Of a DNA stretch of 64,000 nt, positions 26,307 through 36,344 are shown one piece after another. The position numbers and the translations under genes are program-made. Source of the DNA: Escherichia phage UE-S1; sequence record ON568341.1; one strand, written 5' to 3'. The first letter of the stretch is position 1; each line of letters starts with the position of its first letter. The notes beneath the pieces are model-generated. The model ran no database searches, had not been told where the DNA came from, and saw nothing but the letters and a program-made list of their open reading frames with translations.

Positions 26307-28271
26307 ATGGCTAAGAAAGAAAGTGCTGTTCTACAGGAACATGATGTTCAACGACTCAACGATTATCAACATGCTCGTTTGCGTACAGAGATGTACCTTG
26401 GTTCTCGTTCTGTGCATGAAAGTCAAGTATTGATTTTTGGCGAATCTGGATATGAGGTCAAGAACGTAGAATGGGTTCCTGCAATTCTTACTGCTACACG
26501 TGAAATTATTGATAACAGCTTAGATGAATTTAAAAAAGCGGGAACTAAAGAACCCGTTTTGAAAGTGGACTTCAATGAAGAAGAGCTATCATTTGAAATT
26601 AGTGATAATGGTCGTGGTATCCCAATCGATTATGTTCCAGAATATCAGAAAAACTTATGTACTATGGTAATGACCGAAACCAAAACTGGTCGTAACTTTG
26701 ATGATTCAAAACGCGATGAAACCATTGGTCAAAATGGATTGGGTGGTTCAGTTGCGATGATTGTTAGTTCTAAAGCAGAATTGGAAATTCATCGTCAAGG
26801 TCGTCCATATAAAACACAAAGTAGCAATGATGGTTATGATGGCTTTTATAAGTTCAATCAGAAATTTGAGGAAGGGACAATCATGTTCCCTGAACTTTAT
26901 GTGCATGAACCTACTATTAGAAAGGTACAAACCGATAAAACTGGAACAACAATTCGTTTCACATTGAGTAAAGAAGTTTTTCCAAATAGAAAACTACCTA
27001 CTGAATTACTTTATAGTATTCTTAAAGAAATGGCTGCTGCTAACCCAACTTATAAAATATTTTTAAATGGTAAACGTATTTCTATTAAAGGAAACACTGA
27101 AAAAGCATTATTCAATTCACCTAAATTGATGCAGTTAAATGTTAAAGATGAATCTTTCAATTTTAACAGTACTTTTTATATTGTTCCTAATGCTGTATCT
27201 GGTATGAACACCAACTTTCATATGCATGGGTTGGTTAATAACGCACCTGCATTTGATGGTGGTACACATCTTGACACATTTAAAAAATTCTTTTCTTTAG
27301 GTGTAGGAGCAGCATTAGAGAAAGAATCCAAGAAACGTAGAATGAAACCAAACCGTTCTGATATTGAAGAAGGATTGTTGATTTATAACGTCACAACGAT
27401 GAAAGCACCTTCGTTCAATTCACAGATTAAATCTAAACTAACAAATGAAAATGTAATTCGTCCTATTCAACAAGCAATGAGTTCTGAGTGGTTTGATGAA
27501 TTGGTTAAGAAAAATAAAGAGTGGGTTGATGAAATTTTTGAACGCTGTGCTGCCCGTACTAATAAGAAAGATGCTGAAGAAGATCGCCGATTAGCTAAAA
27601 AGCTTCTAAAAGGAAAGGTTGCAAAATTACTTGATAGTACTGGTACTGATCGTTCACAGTGTATTTTATTGATTGCAGAAGGGGACTCAGCAATTTCGAA
27701 CATGGCAAGTGCTCGTATACCAAGTATTCATGGGATTCTACCATTGCGTGGTAAGATTATGAACGTTAGTGGTTCTGAAAAGACCAAAGAATTAATGGAT
27801 TCAATGGCATTGCATGACATAATGGCTAGTATCAATTTAGTACCAGGTGTTAAAGCGGAACGAGCAGACCTGAACTATGGTAAGCTTTATATTTGTGCAG
27901 ATGAAGATGAAGATGGTAAGAATATTGGTGCATTAGTATGTAACTTCCTTTTCAAATTCTGGCCTGAATTGTTCCAAGATCCAGAAAATCCATTTGTGTA
28001 TATATTCAAAACACCATTTATCATTCTAGAGAAAGGTAAGGAAACAAAATACTACTATGGTCATGACGTACATGAATACAATCCTGACGATTGGAAAGGT
28101 TGGAAAGCAACTCGTGCAAAAGGGCTTGGTACGCTAGAAAAATCAAACTTCCGCGACGCATTCACACATAGTGTTGCAGTAGCAATCACAGATGATGGGC
28201 GACTTGGTGAAACTCTTGATTTGATTTTCAACAAAAAACGTGCAGATGACCGCAAGAACTGGATGGAATAA
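26307..28271 (+). CDS. type II DNA topoisomerase, ATPase/TOPRIM subunit (GyrB-like; T4 gp39+gp60 equivalent as one ORF)
   Basis: GHKL ATPase region EIIDNSLDE, TOPRIM motifs CILLIAEGDSA, PLRGKIMNV, DEDEDGKNIG. Confidence 0.85.
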   Translation: MAKKESAVLQEHDVQRLNDYQHARLRTEMYLGSRSVHESQVLIFGESGYEVKNVEWVPAILTATREIIDNSLDEFKKAGTKEPVLKVDFNEEELSFEISDNGRGIPIDYVPEYQKNLCTMVMTETKTGRNFDDSKRDETIGQNGLGGSVAMIVSSKAELEIHRQGRPYKTQSSNDGYDGFYKFNQKFEEGTIMFPELYVHEPTIRKVQTDKTGTTIRFTLSKEVFPNRKLPTELLYSILKEMAAANPTYKIFLNGKRISIKGNTEKALFNSPKLMQLNVKDESFNFNSTFYIVPNAVSGMNTNFHMHGLVNNAPAFDGGTHLDTFKKFFSLGVGAALEKESKKRRMKPNRSDIEEGLLIYNVTTMKAPSFNSQIKSKLTNENVIRPIQQAMSSEWFDELVKKNKEWVDEIFERCAARTNKKDAEEDRRLAKKLLKGKVAKLLDSTGTDRSQCILLIAEGDSAISNMASARIPSIHGILPLRGKIMNVSGSEKTKELMDSMALHDIMASINLVPGVKAERADLNYGKLYICADEDEDGKNIGALVCNFLFKFWPELFQDPENPFVYIFKTPFIILEKGKETKYYYGHDVHEYNPDDWKGWKATRAKGLGTLEKSNFRDAFTHSVAVAITDDGRLGETLDLIFNKKRADDRKNWME

Positions 28272-28282
28272 TATAGGCTAAT

Positions 28283-28305
28283 GGGGAACATGGTGTTCCC
28301 CTTTT
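28283..28305 (+). terminator. intrinsic terminator
   Basis: GGGGAACAtggTGTTCCCC plus TTTT. Confidence 0.65.
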
Positions 28306-28321
28306 ATAAAGAGACAATGGA

Positions 28322-29734
28322 ATGGCTAAAAGTAAAAAAACAGAAAATCATAACATCGATAACCAAACGCTAACTCTACTAGATTATAACAGTTCTGATT
28401 ATGTGAATACCACATCATTAGAGTATTCAATGTATACACTAGACCGTGCAATTCCTGGTATTGACGGTCTAAAGAGTTCACAACGAAAAGCAATTTTCAC
28501 ATTATCTAAAATCAGTGGTGAAATTAAAACAGTATCATGTGCTGGTAAAATGATCAGTGATGGTATCTATCTTCATGGGGATATATCTGCATCAGGAACA
28601 CTTCAGAACTTGGCATCACCAGTAGCCAATAATTATCCACTAATAGGTAAACGTGGTGGATTTGGAACACAAGTAAACAGCACACCAGCTTCTGCTCGTT
28701 ATACGTATGTAAAGAAGAATAAGAGTACTGAAATGCTCGTTTTACGTGATGTAGATATTATTCCAATGAAAGAAAACTATGATGGGACAACATACGAGCC
28801 TGTTCACTTCTTACCTATTATTCCATTATCATTATTTGGCAATGATAGTATGTCAGTTGGGTATAAAAGTACAATTCTACCACATAAAATTGAAGATATT
28901 ATTGATAATTGTATTCGTGCTATTGATAAAAAACCACTAAAAGAAATGACACCATACTATGTGTCATGTGGTGCAAGTGATGTAGTAACAAAACTTGATG
29001 AAAATAAGTACGAGTTTTATGGTAAAGCACAAGTTATTGATGCCAGTACTGTTAAGGTGACAGGTTTACCACCAAATTATAGTATTGAGAAGTTCATTGA
29101 GAAGCTCATTAAAATGAGCGATGATGGGGAGATACGTGACTATGATAATAACAGTACTGATGTAATTGATATTACCATTAAATTACCACGTGGAACATCA
29201 GCCAAATGGACAGAGAAAGATGTTATTGATTATTTTGGAATTAACAAAAAGATCACACAACATTTAACTGTTCTTGGTGAAAATGGTAAAGTGAAAGTTT
29301 ACGATACAACAATGGATTTGATTAAAGACTTCGTGAATTTCCGTTTCAAATATTACATCAAGCGTTATGAAAAGAAACTTGATGATTGTGCTGCTGAAGT
29401 TCGTTATAAAATTCTAATTAAAGAATGTTTCGATAATGATATGATTGCTAAGGTAAAAGGATTTGCCAACCGTGCTGAAATGGTTGAATTTGTTAAATCG
29501 TTAAATGCCGAAATTGAAGCAACAGAAGATAATATTCAAAGTATTGTAAACTTCCCTTCATATCGTTGGACACAAGATAATTATCAATCAGTTCTACAAG
29601 ATATTCAGGATAATCTTGATTTGATGGATAAGTACAATGAACTGCTATCTAATCATGACCTCATTTGGGACATTTACAAATCTGAACTCAAAGAACTAAA
29701 AAAGACTGACTTTACTCCTAAATCAGACAATTGA
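28322..29734 (+). CDS. type II DNA topoisomerase, DNA breakage-reunion subunit (GyrA-like; T4 gp52 equivalent)
   Basis: N-terminal YSMYTLDRAIPGIDGLKSSQRK resembles the GyrA/ParC N-terminal region; follows the ATPase subunit. Confidence 0.8.
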   Translation: MAKSKKTENHNIDNQTLTLLDYNSSDYVNTTSLEYSMYTLDRAIPGIDGLKSSQRKAIFTLSKISGEIKTVSCAGKMISDGIYLHGDISASGTLQNLASPVANNYPLIGKRGGFGTQVNSTPASARYTYVKKNKSTEMLVLRDVDIIPMKENYDGTTYEPVHFLPIIPLSLFGNDSMSVGYKSTILPHKIEDIIDNCIRAIDKKPLKEMTPYYVSCGASDVVTKLDENKYEFYGKAQVIDASTVKVTGLPPNYSIEKFIEKLIKMSDDGEIRDYDNNSTDVIDITIKLPRGTSAKWTEKDVIDYFGINKKITQHLTVLGENGKVKVYDTTMDLIKDFVNFRFKYYIKRYEKKLDDCAAEVRYKILIKECFDNDMIAKVKGFANRAEMVEFVKSLNAEIEATEDNIQSIVNFPSYRWTQDNYQSVLQDIQDNLDLMDKYNELLSNHDLIWDIYKSELKELKKTDFTPKSDN

Positions 29735-29743
29735 TATATTAAT

Positions 29744-29770
29744 GGAAGACCTTACTGGTCTTCCTTGTCC
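29744..29770 (+). terminator. candidate intrinsic terminator
   Basis: GGAAGACCttactGGTCTTCC hairpin, weak U-tract. Confidence 0.45.
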
Positions 29771-29820
29771 TTTATATAAATAATCTATAGATAATAGTAG
29801 CTTGGCTATGGAGAATTACA

Positions 29821-32214
29821 ATGACAACTTTTACCCCACGCTGGGACATAAAAGCCGATGCTCGATATATACAAGAAGGACAAGACATTCTTGTGCGTTT
29901 GAGTATCAATAAAAAAAGCACAACGGATGATAGATATGTATTAAATGAAGAAGAATACTTAGAGATGATTCTTAATATACAATGCTTGGATAGTTCAGGT
30001 ACTGTATTTGATCCAGAACCACATTATACTTTTTATGTTGGTAATGATGAAAATAGTTTTGTTCCGATTTCCGATGGGACCACTGGTAATACATTAGTAA
30101 ATGGTAAGCATAAGTGTAAAATTAGTAAAAAAGAATTTAACTTATCAGCAAACACTAACAGTGAAGATGTATATTTTATAAAAATCCACTGTAAAAATGA
30201 TGGAACCTATAACAATACAGAAGTTATTAATTTTTATTTACAAGCAGTAAATGTTATGTATTATGGTAATATCTCACCAAGTGGAGTATTAGGTTCAACC
30301 GATGTTGCAGTAACATACGATAGTCAGGAAGTTTGGGTTACGCCTGGTGTTGAAATTGGTGATGATAATAAGCTTTATTGTATTGGTGATGTTGAATATG
30401 GTTCAAACAGCACACTATTTGTACAAGGATTTGGTAGAAGGCGACCTTTTATATTAGGCACAGACATTACTGATGATATTACACCACGTGTCTTTTTTCC
30501 TGCTTATAGATTGCTTGATATGGATATATCAGAAGTTCCTCAGAAACATATAACAAAGGATTATGCTGTATTCAAGCCATCACAATCAACATGGCCTATT
30601 TCTGGTATAAACAAAGAAGTAAAAGTTAACATTCAAAATAAGAATGGAAGTCTCATTGATACAGGTATGATTTTTAACCCCAATGGACAATTACTTCAAA
30701 CATTTTTGTATGACTCTGATGCATGTGATGCATATTTTAAAGTTGAGATCGTTGATATATTAAGCACATATTTAGAGGAAAGTGAAAGGTTTGCAATCAA
30801 TCAACGATATAAAGCATATCAAATGTGGGTATGTCCTGAAGATATAGATACTATCTATTCTGTCTCAGACAAACCATTACCCAATCATTTATATCAATTA
30901 AAAGATAATGTTGTGTATCCATATGTAATTAGTGGTGAATATGACAAAGGCTCACTTAAACCTGTATATGATAGTAGTGATTGGATAGATTTGGGCTATT
31001 ATGACCCTTCTCTTGGTGAGAATATCATTGGTATGCAAAAAGTATTCAGGGTATTGGTTAACGCCGAAGAAGGAAATAACATAAACTTTACCACTGATAG
31101 TGACTTAGGAATAATTCATGTCGGTGAATATTTTGGTAATAGCACTTATCCTAAACTAGAAACTGATAGTACAAGTCAGGTTTCTTATATGTTAGATGGT
31201 GGTGATGATATCAGAAAATACGGAATTGACTTGACACCGGATGGGTATCTTATTGGAACCGCATATGCAAAAAGTATTGATTTTAGTCAAAATGATGATA
31301 TTAAACTATCATTTTACGTTAAAGTATTCAGTACTGAAGGTGGTGAAGCAAGGAAATTATTCAACCTTAAAATAGTGAGAGGATTTGGACAGAATTATTT
31401 GAGTGCACATGTATTGCCTTCTGTTGCATTTGAGCGAGAGTGGTTTAAATGTATTAGTACTTCATCATTCACAAACCAACTATTTTTCCGTCAATCTGAT
31501 AATAGATATGGTCTTCAAAAAGTACCGAAGATGTTATTAAAAGAAAACTTCCTAAGCCAAACTTATCCATATACAAATCTTTCTGATATTAAAAAAGTAT
31601 TACGAAAGAGTATAGTTAATTCAAATGGAACTACGATTCCTAATGGAAAATTTAAAATGGTTATGGGTAATTATAAATTATTATCAGTACTTGACAATCA
31701 AGGCAATTTGCAATATGATTTATTATACAGAGAAGTTTTGCCAGAAGGTTCATTAGTATCAGTATCAAAAAATCCTCGTCAGTATACACAAATAGATAAC
31801 GGACAACTTGGTGAATTGTTTGGCCTACGTCAAAACATATTTCAAGCTATTGGCGAAGATACTACCAACTTGGTCAAAGATCCAACAGATTTACAAAACC
31901 GTGGTCTATATGTTGATGCAATACCAAGTGTAAGTGAAGAAATGCTCGACACTGTTCCTAGGTTCATGAATCATCCATATATTGAAAATGGATTACAGAA
32001 AAAATTCATGCCTATAATTCCAGTTGCTTTTTGTCAACCGGGAAAAGGTGAAGCGTTTTTCAACACTTTACTCCAGAATAATGAACATGGTACAATGGTA
32101 GGTCTAGAATTTGAAATCACATCAGTTGAATTCGGATACTTTTCACATGAATCAGTTAATTATGTGCCTGATACATTTGTGATTACCCTACCAAACAATA
32201 ACATAGGAGGTTGA
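29821..32214 (+). CDS. large hypothetical protein (797 aa)
   Basis: Long uninterrupted ORF; no motif recognised. Confidence 0.55.
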   Translation: MTTFTPRWDIKADARYIQEGQDILVRLSINKKSTTDDRYVLNEEEYLEMILNIQCLDSSGTVFDPEPHYTFYVGNDENSFVPISDGTTGNTLVNGKHKCKISKKEFNLSANTNSEDVYFIKIHCKNDGTYNNTEVINFYLQAVNVMYYGNISPSGVLGSTDVAVTYDSQEVWVTPGVEIGDDNKLYCIGDVEYGSNSTLFVQGFGRRRPFILGTDITDDITPRVFFPAYRLLDMDISEVPQKHITKDYAVFKPSQSTWPISGINKEVKVNIQNKNGSLIDTGMIFNPNGQLLQTFLYDSDACDAYFKVEIVDILSTYLEESERFAINQRYKAYQMWVCPEDIDTIYSVSDKPLPNHLYQLKDNVVYPYVISGEYDKGSLKPVYDSSDWIDLGYYDPSLGENIIGMQKVFRVLVNAEEGNNINFTTDSDLGIIHVGEYFGNSTYPKLETDSTSQVSYMLDGGDDIRKYGIDLTPDGYLIGTAYAKSIDFSQNDDIKLSFYVKVFSTEGGEARKLFNLKIVRGFGQNYLSAHVLPSVAFEREWFKCISTSSFTNQLFFRQSDNRYGLQKVPKMLLKENFLSQTYPYTNLSDIKKVLRKSIVNSNGTTIPNGKFKMVMGNYKLLSVLDNQGNLQYDLLYREVLPEGSLVSVSKNPRQYTQIDNGQLGELFGLRQNIFQAIGEDTTNLVKDPTDLQNRGLYVDAIPSVSEEMLDTVPRFMNHPYIENGLQKKFMPIIPVAFCQPGKGEAFFNTLLQNNEHGTMVGLEFEITSVEFGYFSHESVNYVPDTFVITLPNNNIGG

Positions 32215-32215
32215 T

Positions 32216-32527
32216 ATGTTTAATCCTTTCTTTGATCCGTCTGGGATGACCGAAAAGGAACTACAGTTGAAAATTAATGAACAGTCAATGCGTTTAACAT
32301 CAGCACGTGCTGCTGGGATGAGCAATATGATTATTGGTAATATGCAAACTGTGTTAAATCAATGTTATGCTGAACTAGAACTTCGTCAAGGACAAAAAGA
32401 GAAAAATGTTTACGATGATGAAGGTCCATGTATATTTGACATGGATTCCTATCTAACAGATAATGAAGAGGCCCAGAAGAAGAAAAATGAAAGTACAAGG
32501 AAACAGATTTATAAGTCCCAATGGTGA
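32216..32527 (+). CDS. hypothetical protein (103 aa)
   Basis: ORF starting 2 nt after previous stop. Confidence 0.4.
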   Translation: MFNPFFDPSGMTEKELQLKINEQSMRLTSARAAGMSNMIIGNMQTVLNQCYAELELRQGQKEKNVYDDEGPCIFDMDSYLTDNEEAQKKKNESTRKQIYKSQW

Positions 32528-33005
32528 TGTGAAATGTAATCTCAATGCAGTTGTTTATGCAATCAATTGTGGTGTAGATATCCAGTACTTACAATTACAG
32601 GAAATTGATGAACCTGAAAGGTTAAAATTTAATGATAACTGTAAAAAATTTGGCTTAGAACAACGTATGCTGGATTATACGATAGAACATGATAAAAATC
32701 ATGAACTTTGGCGTTATGATCCAGTGTATGATAATATAAATCTTCGTGATTATTTTTTAGAAAAATGTACTTCAGATGAAGCACGAAAACGTGTTGAATA
32801 TGAACTTGATTTATATGAATATTATAATATGACAAAGCTATTGAGGTGTATGATATGGCTAGTCGATTATATGGAAGAAAATAAGATCTTTTGGGGTCTT
32901 GGGCGTGGAAGCTCTGTTGCATCGTATTGTTTGTTTTTGATTGGTCTACATATGGTAGATTCATTGAAATATGAACTTGATGTTAATGAATTTTTGAAAT
33001 GGTAG
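32463..33005 (+). CDS. small protein resembling a fragment of the DNA polymerase III alpha (DnaE) palm, lacking catalytic Asp residues (tentative)
   Basis: C-terminal RVEYELDLYEYYNM ... FWGLGRGSSVASYCLFLIGLHMVDSLKYELDVNEFL parallels DnaE [12 protein letters not shown] ... [34 protein letters not shown]; ORF ends before the PDFDVDF position. Confidence 0.3.
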   Translation: MKRPRRRKMKVQGNRFISPNGDVKCNLNAVVYAINCGVDIQYLQLQEIDEPERLKFNDNCKKFGLEQRMLDYTIEHDKNHELWRYDPVYDNINLRDYFLEKCTSDEARKRVEYELDLYEYYNMTKLLRCMIWLVDYMEENKIFWGLGRGSSVASYCLFLIGLHMVDSLKYELDVNEFLKW

Positions 33006-33023
33006 AAAAACATGTGATATAAT
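32994..33023 (+). promoter_or_regulatory. candidate promoter (TTGAAA-18-TATAAT) with -10 inside an 11-bp inverted repeat
   Basis: TGTGATATAAT (33013-33023) and its reverse complement ATTATATCACA (33039-33049); upstream of gene at 33072. Confidence 0.45.
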
Positions 33024-33071
33024 GTTTGTTACAGAAGCATTATATCACACATACAATAAAAGGATTTTTAT

Positions 33072-33416
33072 ATGTCTAAACACACAACTTATCGTGGTAC
33101 AACTATTGATATGGATATGCTCAAGTACCAAAACCAATACCAAGTTGCATTAGGTAACGCAAACCTAAATGCACGCGGTGACAAAATTGGTTCCGGTGGT
33201 ACAATTGTTAAAACTCGTGAAGAGTTACTACAAGAAAAAGAACGAGAAATGCAAATTCCTGATTATATTCCTGAGCATCAACTTCATAGTACTGAGCATA
33301 GTACTGAAGATGTATGGGATGATGAAAGTTTTGAAGTTAAGCCTGAAGAACAAGAAGCTAAGGTTTCCGAAGAGAAGAAAGCACCACGTCGAGCTAGAAC
33401 CAAAGATCAGGAGTAA
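33072..33416 (+). CDS. hypothetical protein (114 aa)
   Basis: ORF with acidic C-terminal half. Confidence 0.45.
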   Translation: MSKHTTYRGTTIDMDMLKYQNQYQVALGNANLNARGDKIGSGGTIVKTREELLQEKEREMQIPDYIPEHQLHSTEHSTEDVWDDESFEVKPEEQEAKVSEEKKAPRRARTKDQE

Positions 33417-33424
33417 TATATTAA

Positions 33425-33751
33425 ATGACTAAAAAAGTAATGACAGCATGTAAAGGTAAAGTTTTAGTAACTGAACTTGAACATGGTGAACGTAAAACAG
33501 CAGGTGGTATCGTTTTAACAAACGATGATGGTAAAATTCGAGGAATCCGCTCACGATGGGCGAGAGTTTATTCTGTTGGTGAGGACATTACTGATATTAA
33601 AGAAGGGCAATGGATTTTAATCGATCATGGACGATGGTCCAGAACGATTGAAGTTGATGGTATCAAATTGAACTTAGTTGATTACCCTGCTGCTGTTAGT
33701 TTAGTGTCAGATGAAGACCCTCGAACTAAAATGCTAACATTTGGACGTTAA
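33425..33751 (+). CDS. GroES-like co-chaperonin (T4 gp31 functional analog candidate)
   Basis: KGKVLVTELEHGERKTAGGIVLT and VYSVGED ... IKEGQWIL parallel GroES [20 protein letters not shown] and the mobile-loop/roof regions. Confidence 0.55.
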   Translation: MTKKVMTACKGKVLVTELEHGERKTAGGIVLTNDDGKIRGIRSRWARVYSVGEDITDIKEGQWILIDHGRWSRTIEVDGIKLNLVDYPAAVSLVSDEDPRTKMLTFGR

Positions 33752-33794
33752 TATAATATAATTAAAGCTCGGAATAATTTCTGGGCTTTTTATT

Positions 33795-34076
33795 TTGGAC
33801 ACTTTTATGATAACGGATGATGGAAAATTTAGTTTTAAAGATGTAACATTGATATCAAAAAACGGAAGATTCATGTTTGAAGATAGAAAAAATACCAAAT
33901 ATGTGTATGAAGTTTCCCATGATATGTTTAAGGTTTTATTAGTTGCTGCTGCCCAAGCTGAAAGTACTGGGATTAAAAATAAGGCAAATTCTTTTAATTT
34001 TTTATTTAATCAACTAGAAATGACAGAAGACCTTTTTACGGCTTTATTGTACAATTCAGCCGATTGGATTCTATAA
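33795..34076 (+). CDS. hypothetical protein (93 aa)
   Basis: ORF in track. Confidence 0.4.
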   Translation: MDTFMITDDGKFSFKDVTLISKNGRFMFEDRKNTKYVYEVSHDMFKVLLVAAAQAESTGIKNKANSFNFLFNQLEMTEDLFTALLYNSADWIL

Positions 34077-34101
34077 ACACGTACACAGAAGGAAATATAA
34101 A

Positions 34102-35055
34102 ATGACCACACTATGGACTGAAAAATATCGCCCACAAACAATGGAAGATTATGTATCAAAGAACGATGCACTACGCCAGAAAATGGAAGAATGGATTAAA
34201 ACTGGTGATATTCCTCATATTGGTTTTTTTGGCCCAGCAGGAACTGGTAAAACATCTGCAATTAAAGTTCTTATTAATGGGTTAGTTCAAAATGGACACC
34301 TAGACCCAAGTGATGTAACGACTCTTAATATGTCAGATGAAGGTATTGATGCGGTACGTGATAAAATCGATGCAGCAGCTAAACTATCATGTTTTGGAAG
34401 ATATCGTATTTTTGTTCTTGAAGAAATGGAGCAGATGAACCATAAAGCACAAGGTAGTTTGAAACGTGTAATGGAGGATTATCATGAAAATGCTCGCTTT
34501 ATTTTAACAAGTAATGAGCCACATAAAATTCAAAAGCCTATCATTTCTCGTGTTCAAGTCATCACTATTGAAAAGCATGACATGGAACAGTTCATGACTA
34601 GAATTTACAATATCCTTCTCGCCGAAGGTGTTGACCTGAGTAGTGATGATAGTGTTGAGCAAGTCCAAAAGTACATCAATGCTTCATATCCTGATTTTCG
34701 TAAAACGTTAAACGTATTGCAAAGTTCTGTTGTTGATGGTAAGCTAGTAAAATTAGAGGATAGTATTGAAAATTCAGCGGGATACCGCACTGCAATCATT
34801 GATGCATTGAAGGCAGGTAATATTCGTCAAATGCGAGAACAGATTGTTCAATCTATTCCTGATGATGAAATGGATGCATTTTTCTCTTACTTATACCGAA
34901 ATGCTGAAATGTTCAGTACTGACGAAATCACGCTGATGAAGATTAAAGTTAAAATTCGTGATGCAGTTGTAAAGCAAGCTACAGTGTCAGATCGTGAAAT
35001 GAATCTCAGTGCTTTGTTGTGTGAGATTGACCTAATTTGTTCGGGGAACATGTAA
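34102..35055 (+). CDS. sliding-clamp loader ATPase (RFC small-subunit / T4 gp44-like)
   Basis: RFC box WTEKYRP, Walker A GPAGTGKTS, Walker B FVLEEME, sensor ISRVQV. Confidence 0.8.
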   Translation: MTTLWTEKYRPQTMEDYVSKNDALRQKMEEWIKTGDIPHIGFFGPAGTGKTSAIKVLINGLVQNGHLDPSDVTTLNMSDEGIDAVRDKIDAAAKLSCFGRYRIFVLEEMEQMNHKAQGSLKRVMEDYHENARFILTSNEPHKIQKPIISRVQVITIEKHDMEQFMTRIYNILLAEGVDLSSDDSVEQVQKYINASYPDFRKTLNVLQSSVVDGKLVKLEDSIENSAGYRTAIIDALKAGNIRQMREQIVQSIPDDEMDAFFSYLYRNAEMFSTDEITLMKIKVKIRDAVVKQATVSDREMNLSALLCEIDLICSGNM

Positions 35056-35684
35056 TGAAGCCACGTTGTATTGTCTTTGATTGTGACGAAGTTCTGTTGG
35101 ATCACATGGGTATGCTTTCTGAGTTTGTAAAACAAACTTATAATATCACACCATCAACAACATACCCATTGAAATATGATTTGTCAGATTGGTTAGGTGT
35201 ATCCCAGTCTGAAGTTAAAAAAATTCTTGAACATTTTAACCAACAATCATATTTGTTTGGATTGTTAAAGCCAGTTGAACCAAATACAGTTGATATTGTT
35301 CAAGAGTTGCGTGACCGTTTTTATAATGAAAAATTTGTAGTTCTAACTAAATGTGGCAAGAAAGGATATGGTGAAGTTTTGCGTAATGTAAATCTTATGC
35401 GTGAATTTGGTGAAAACTGCTTTGATGAGATTATCATTATTGAAATGAATGAATCAAAGAAACAAGCATTAGAAGAGTTACAAAAGAAGTATGATGTGAA
35501 ATTAATGATCGACGATTACATCAATAACATTGAAACTGCAATGGAACTTGGAATCCCTTCTGTTATGATGGGTTCTTCACATAATATTATGTATAAGAAT
35601 AATAGTACTGGATTTGAATATATAGATAACTGGACCGAACTTAGACTTAAAATTTATTCCGTTCTGGGTAAATATTACAAATAA
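35055..35684 (+). CDS. HAD-superfamily 5'(3')-deoxyribonucleotidase-like protein
   Basis: Motif I CIVFDCDEVLLDH (DxDxV) near N-terminus; ATG at 35055 overlaps clamp-loader stop. Confidence 0.5.
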   Translation: MKPRCIVFDCDEVLLDHMGMLSEFVKQTYNITPSTTYPLKYDLSDWLGVSQSEVKKILEHFNQQSYLFGLLKPVEPNTVDIVQELRDRFYNEKFVVLTKCGKKGYGEVLRNVNLMREFGENCFDEIIIIEMNESKKQALEELQKKYDVKLMIDDYINNIETAMELGIPSVMMGSSHNIMYKNNSTGFEYIDNWTELRLKIYSVLGKYYK

Positions 35685-35696
35685 AACTTTTAAATT

Positions 35697-35719
35697 GGGG
35701 TTTGTTTCAAACCCCTTTT
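35697..35719 (+). terminator. intrinsic terminator
   Basis: GGGGTTTgtttcAAACCCC followed by TTTTGTTG. Confidence 0.7.
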
Positions 35720-35780
35720 GTTGTATTTTAAAAGTAGTAAATAGTATTATATGTGCTAGTTTTTAAGGATAATATAGAAT

Positions 35781-36344
35781 ATGGAAGATTTAGATTATAC
35801 AGATAATGCTATTCAGCAGTTGTATGATAATAGTGGTATGTTAGATATACTTCTTGCTGTTGAGAAATATTTCGATGATAATGATTTATATGCATATAAA
35901 GGTATCATCGAGGGAGAATTAGTTGAAGGTCCAATTGTAAGTAAATATTGGTGTACTGTTACATTTAAATACTATCGTGAAAATTTTCCAGATCCTACAG
36001 CATTCTCCATTTTGGAGAAACATGGTACTAAAGTATATGTCAAAGCTGATTATGAAATAACACCAATACAAGAACCAAATCGCCAAGCTGACATGAAAAG
36101 CGTAGCGACACAATCTGGTTCTGTGCGTATTCCAAAAAATGAAAGAATTCCAGTACTGTTGGTTAGAGTTCAAATTCCAAGAAACTTAATTAATCCAGAA
36201 AGTTTTGATGAATATAAACTTATGGCATCCGAATTTAATAGTAATCCTATGAATTCTCCCGAAAATACCGAAGAACCAGTCACTGGTGGTGATGTTGATT
36301 TGGATGTCGATGTAAATGATGATATGCAAGAAGGTGGAATGTAA
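35781..36344 (+). CDS. hypothetical protein with acidic C-terminus (187 aa)
   Basis: ORF; C-terminus GGDVDLDVDVNDDMQEGG. Confidence 0.5.
   Translation: MEDLDYTDNAIQQLYDNSGMLDILLAVEKYFDDNDLYAYKGIIEGELVEGPIVSKYWCTVTFKYYRENFPDPTAFSILEKHGTKVYVKADYEITPIQEPNRQADMKSVATQSGSVRIPKNERIPVLLVRVQIPRNLINPESFDEYKLMASEFNSNPMNSPENTEEPVTGGDVDLDVDVNDDMQEGGM

Noticed and set aside
33755-33795. Possible terminator after the GroES-like gene (AAAGCTCGG ... CTGGGCTTTTT)
   Set aside because: The putative stem arms are not complementary beyond 4-5 bp; only the T-tract is convincing.
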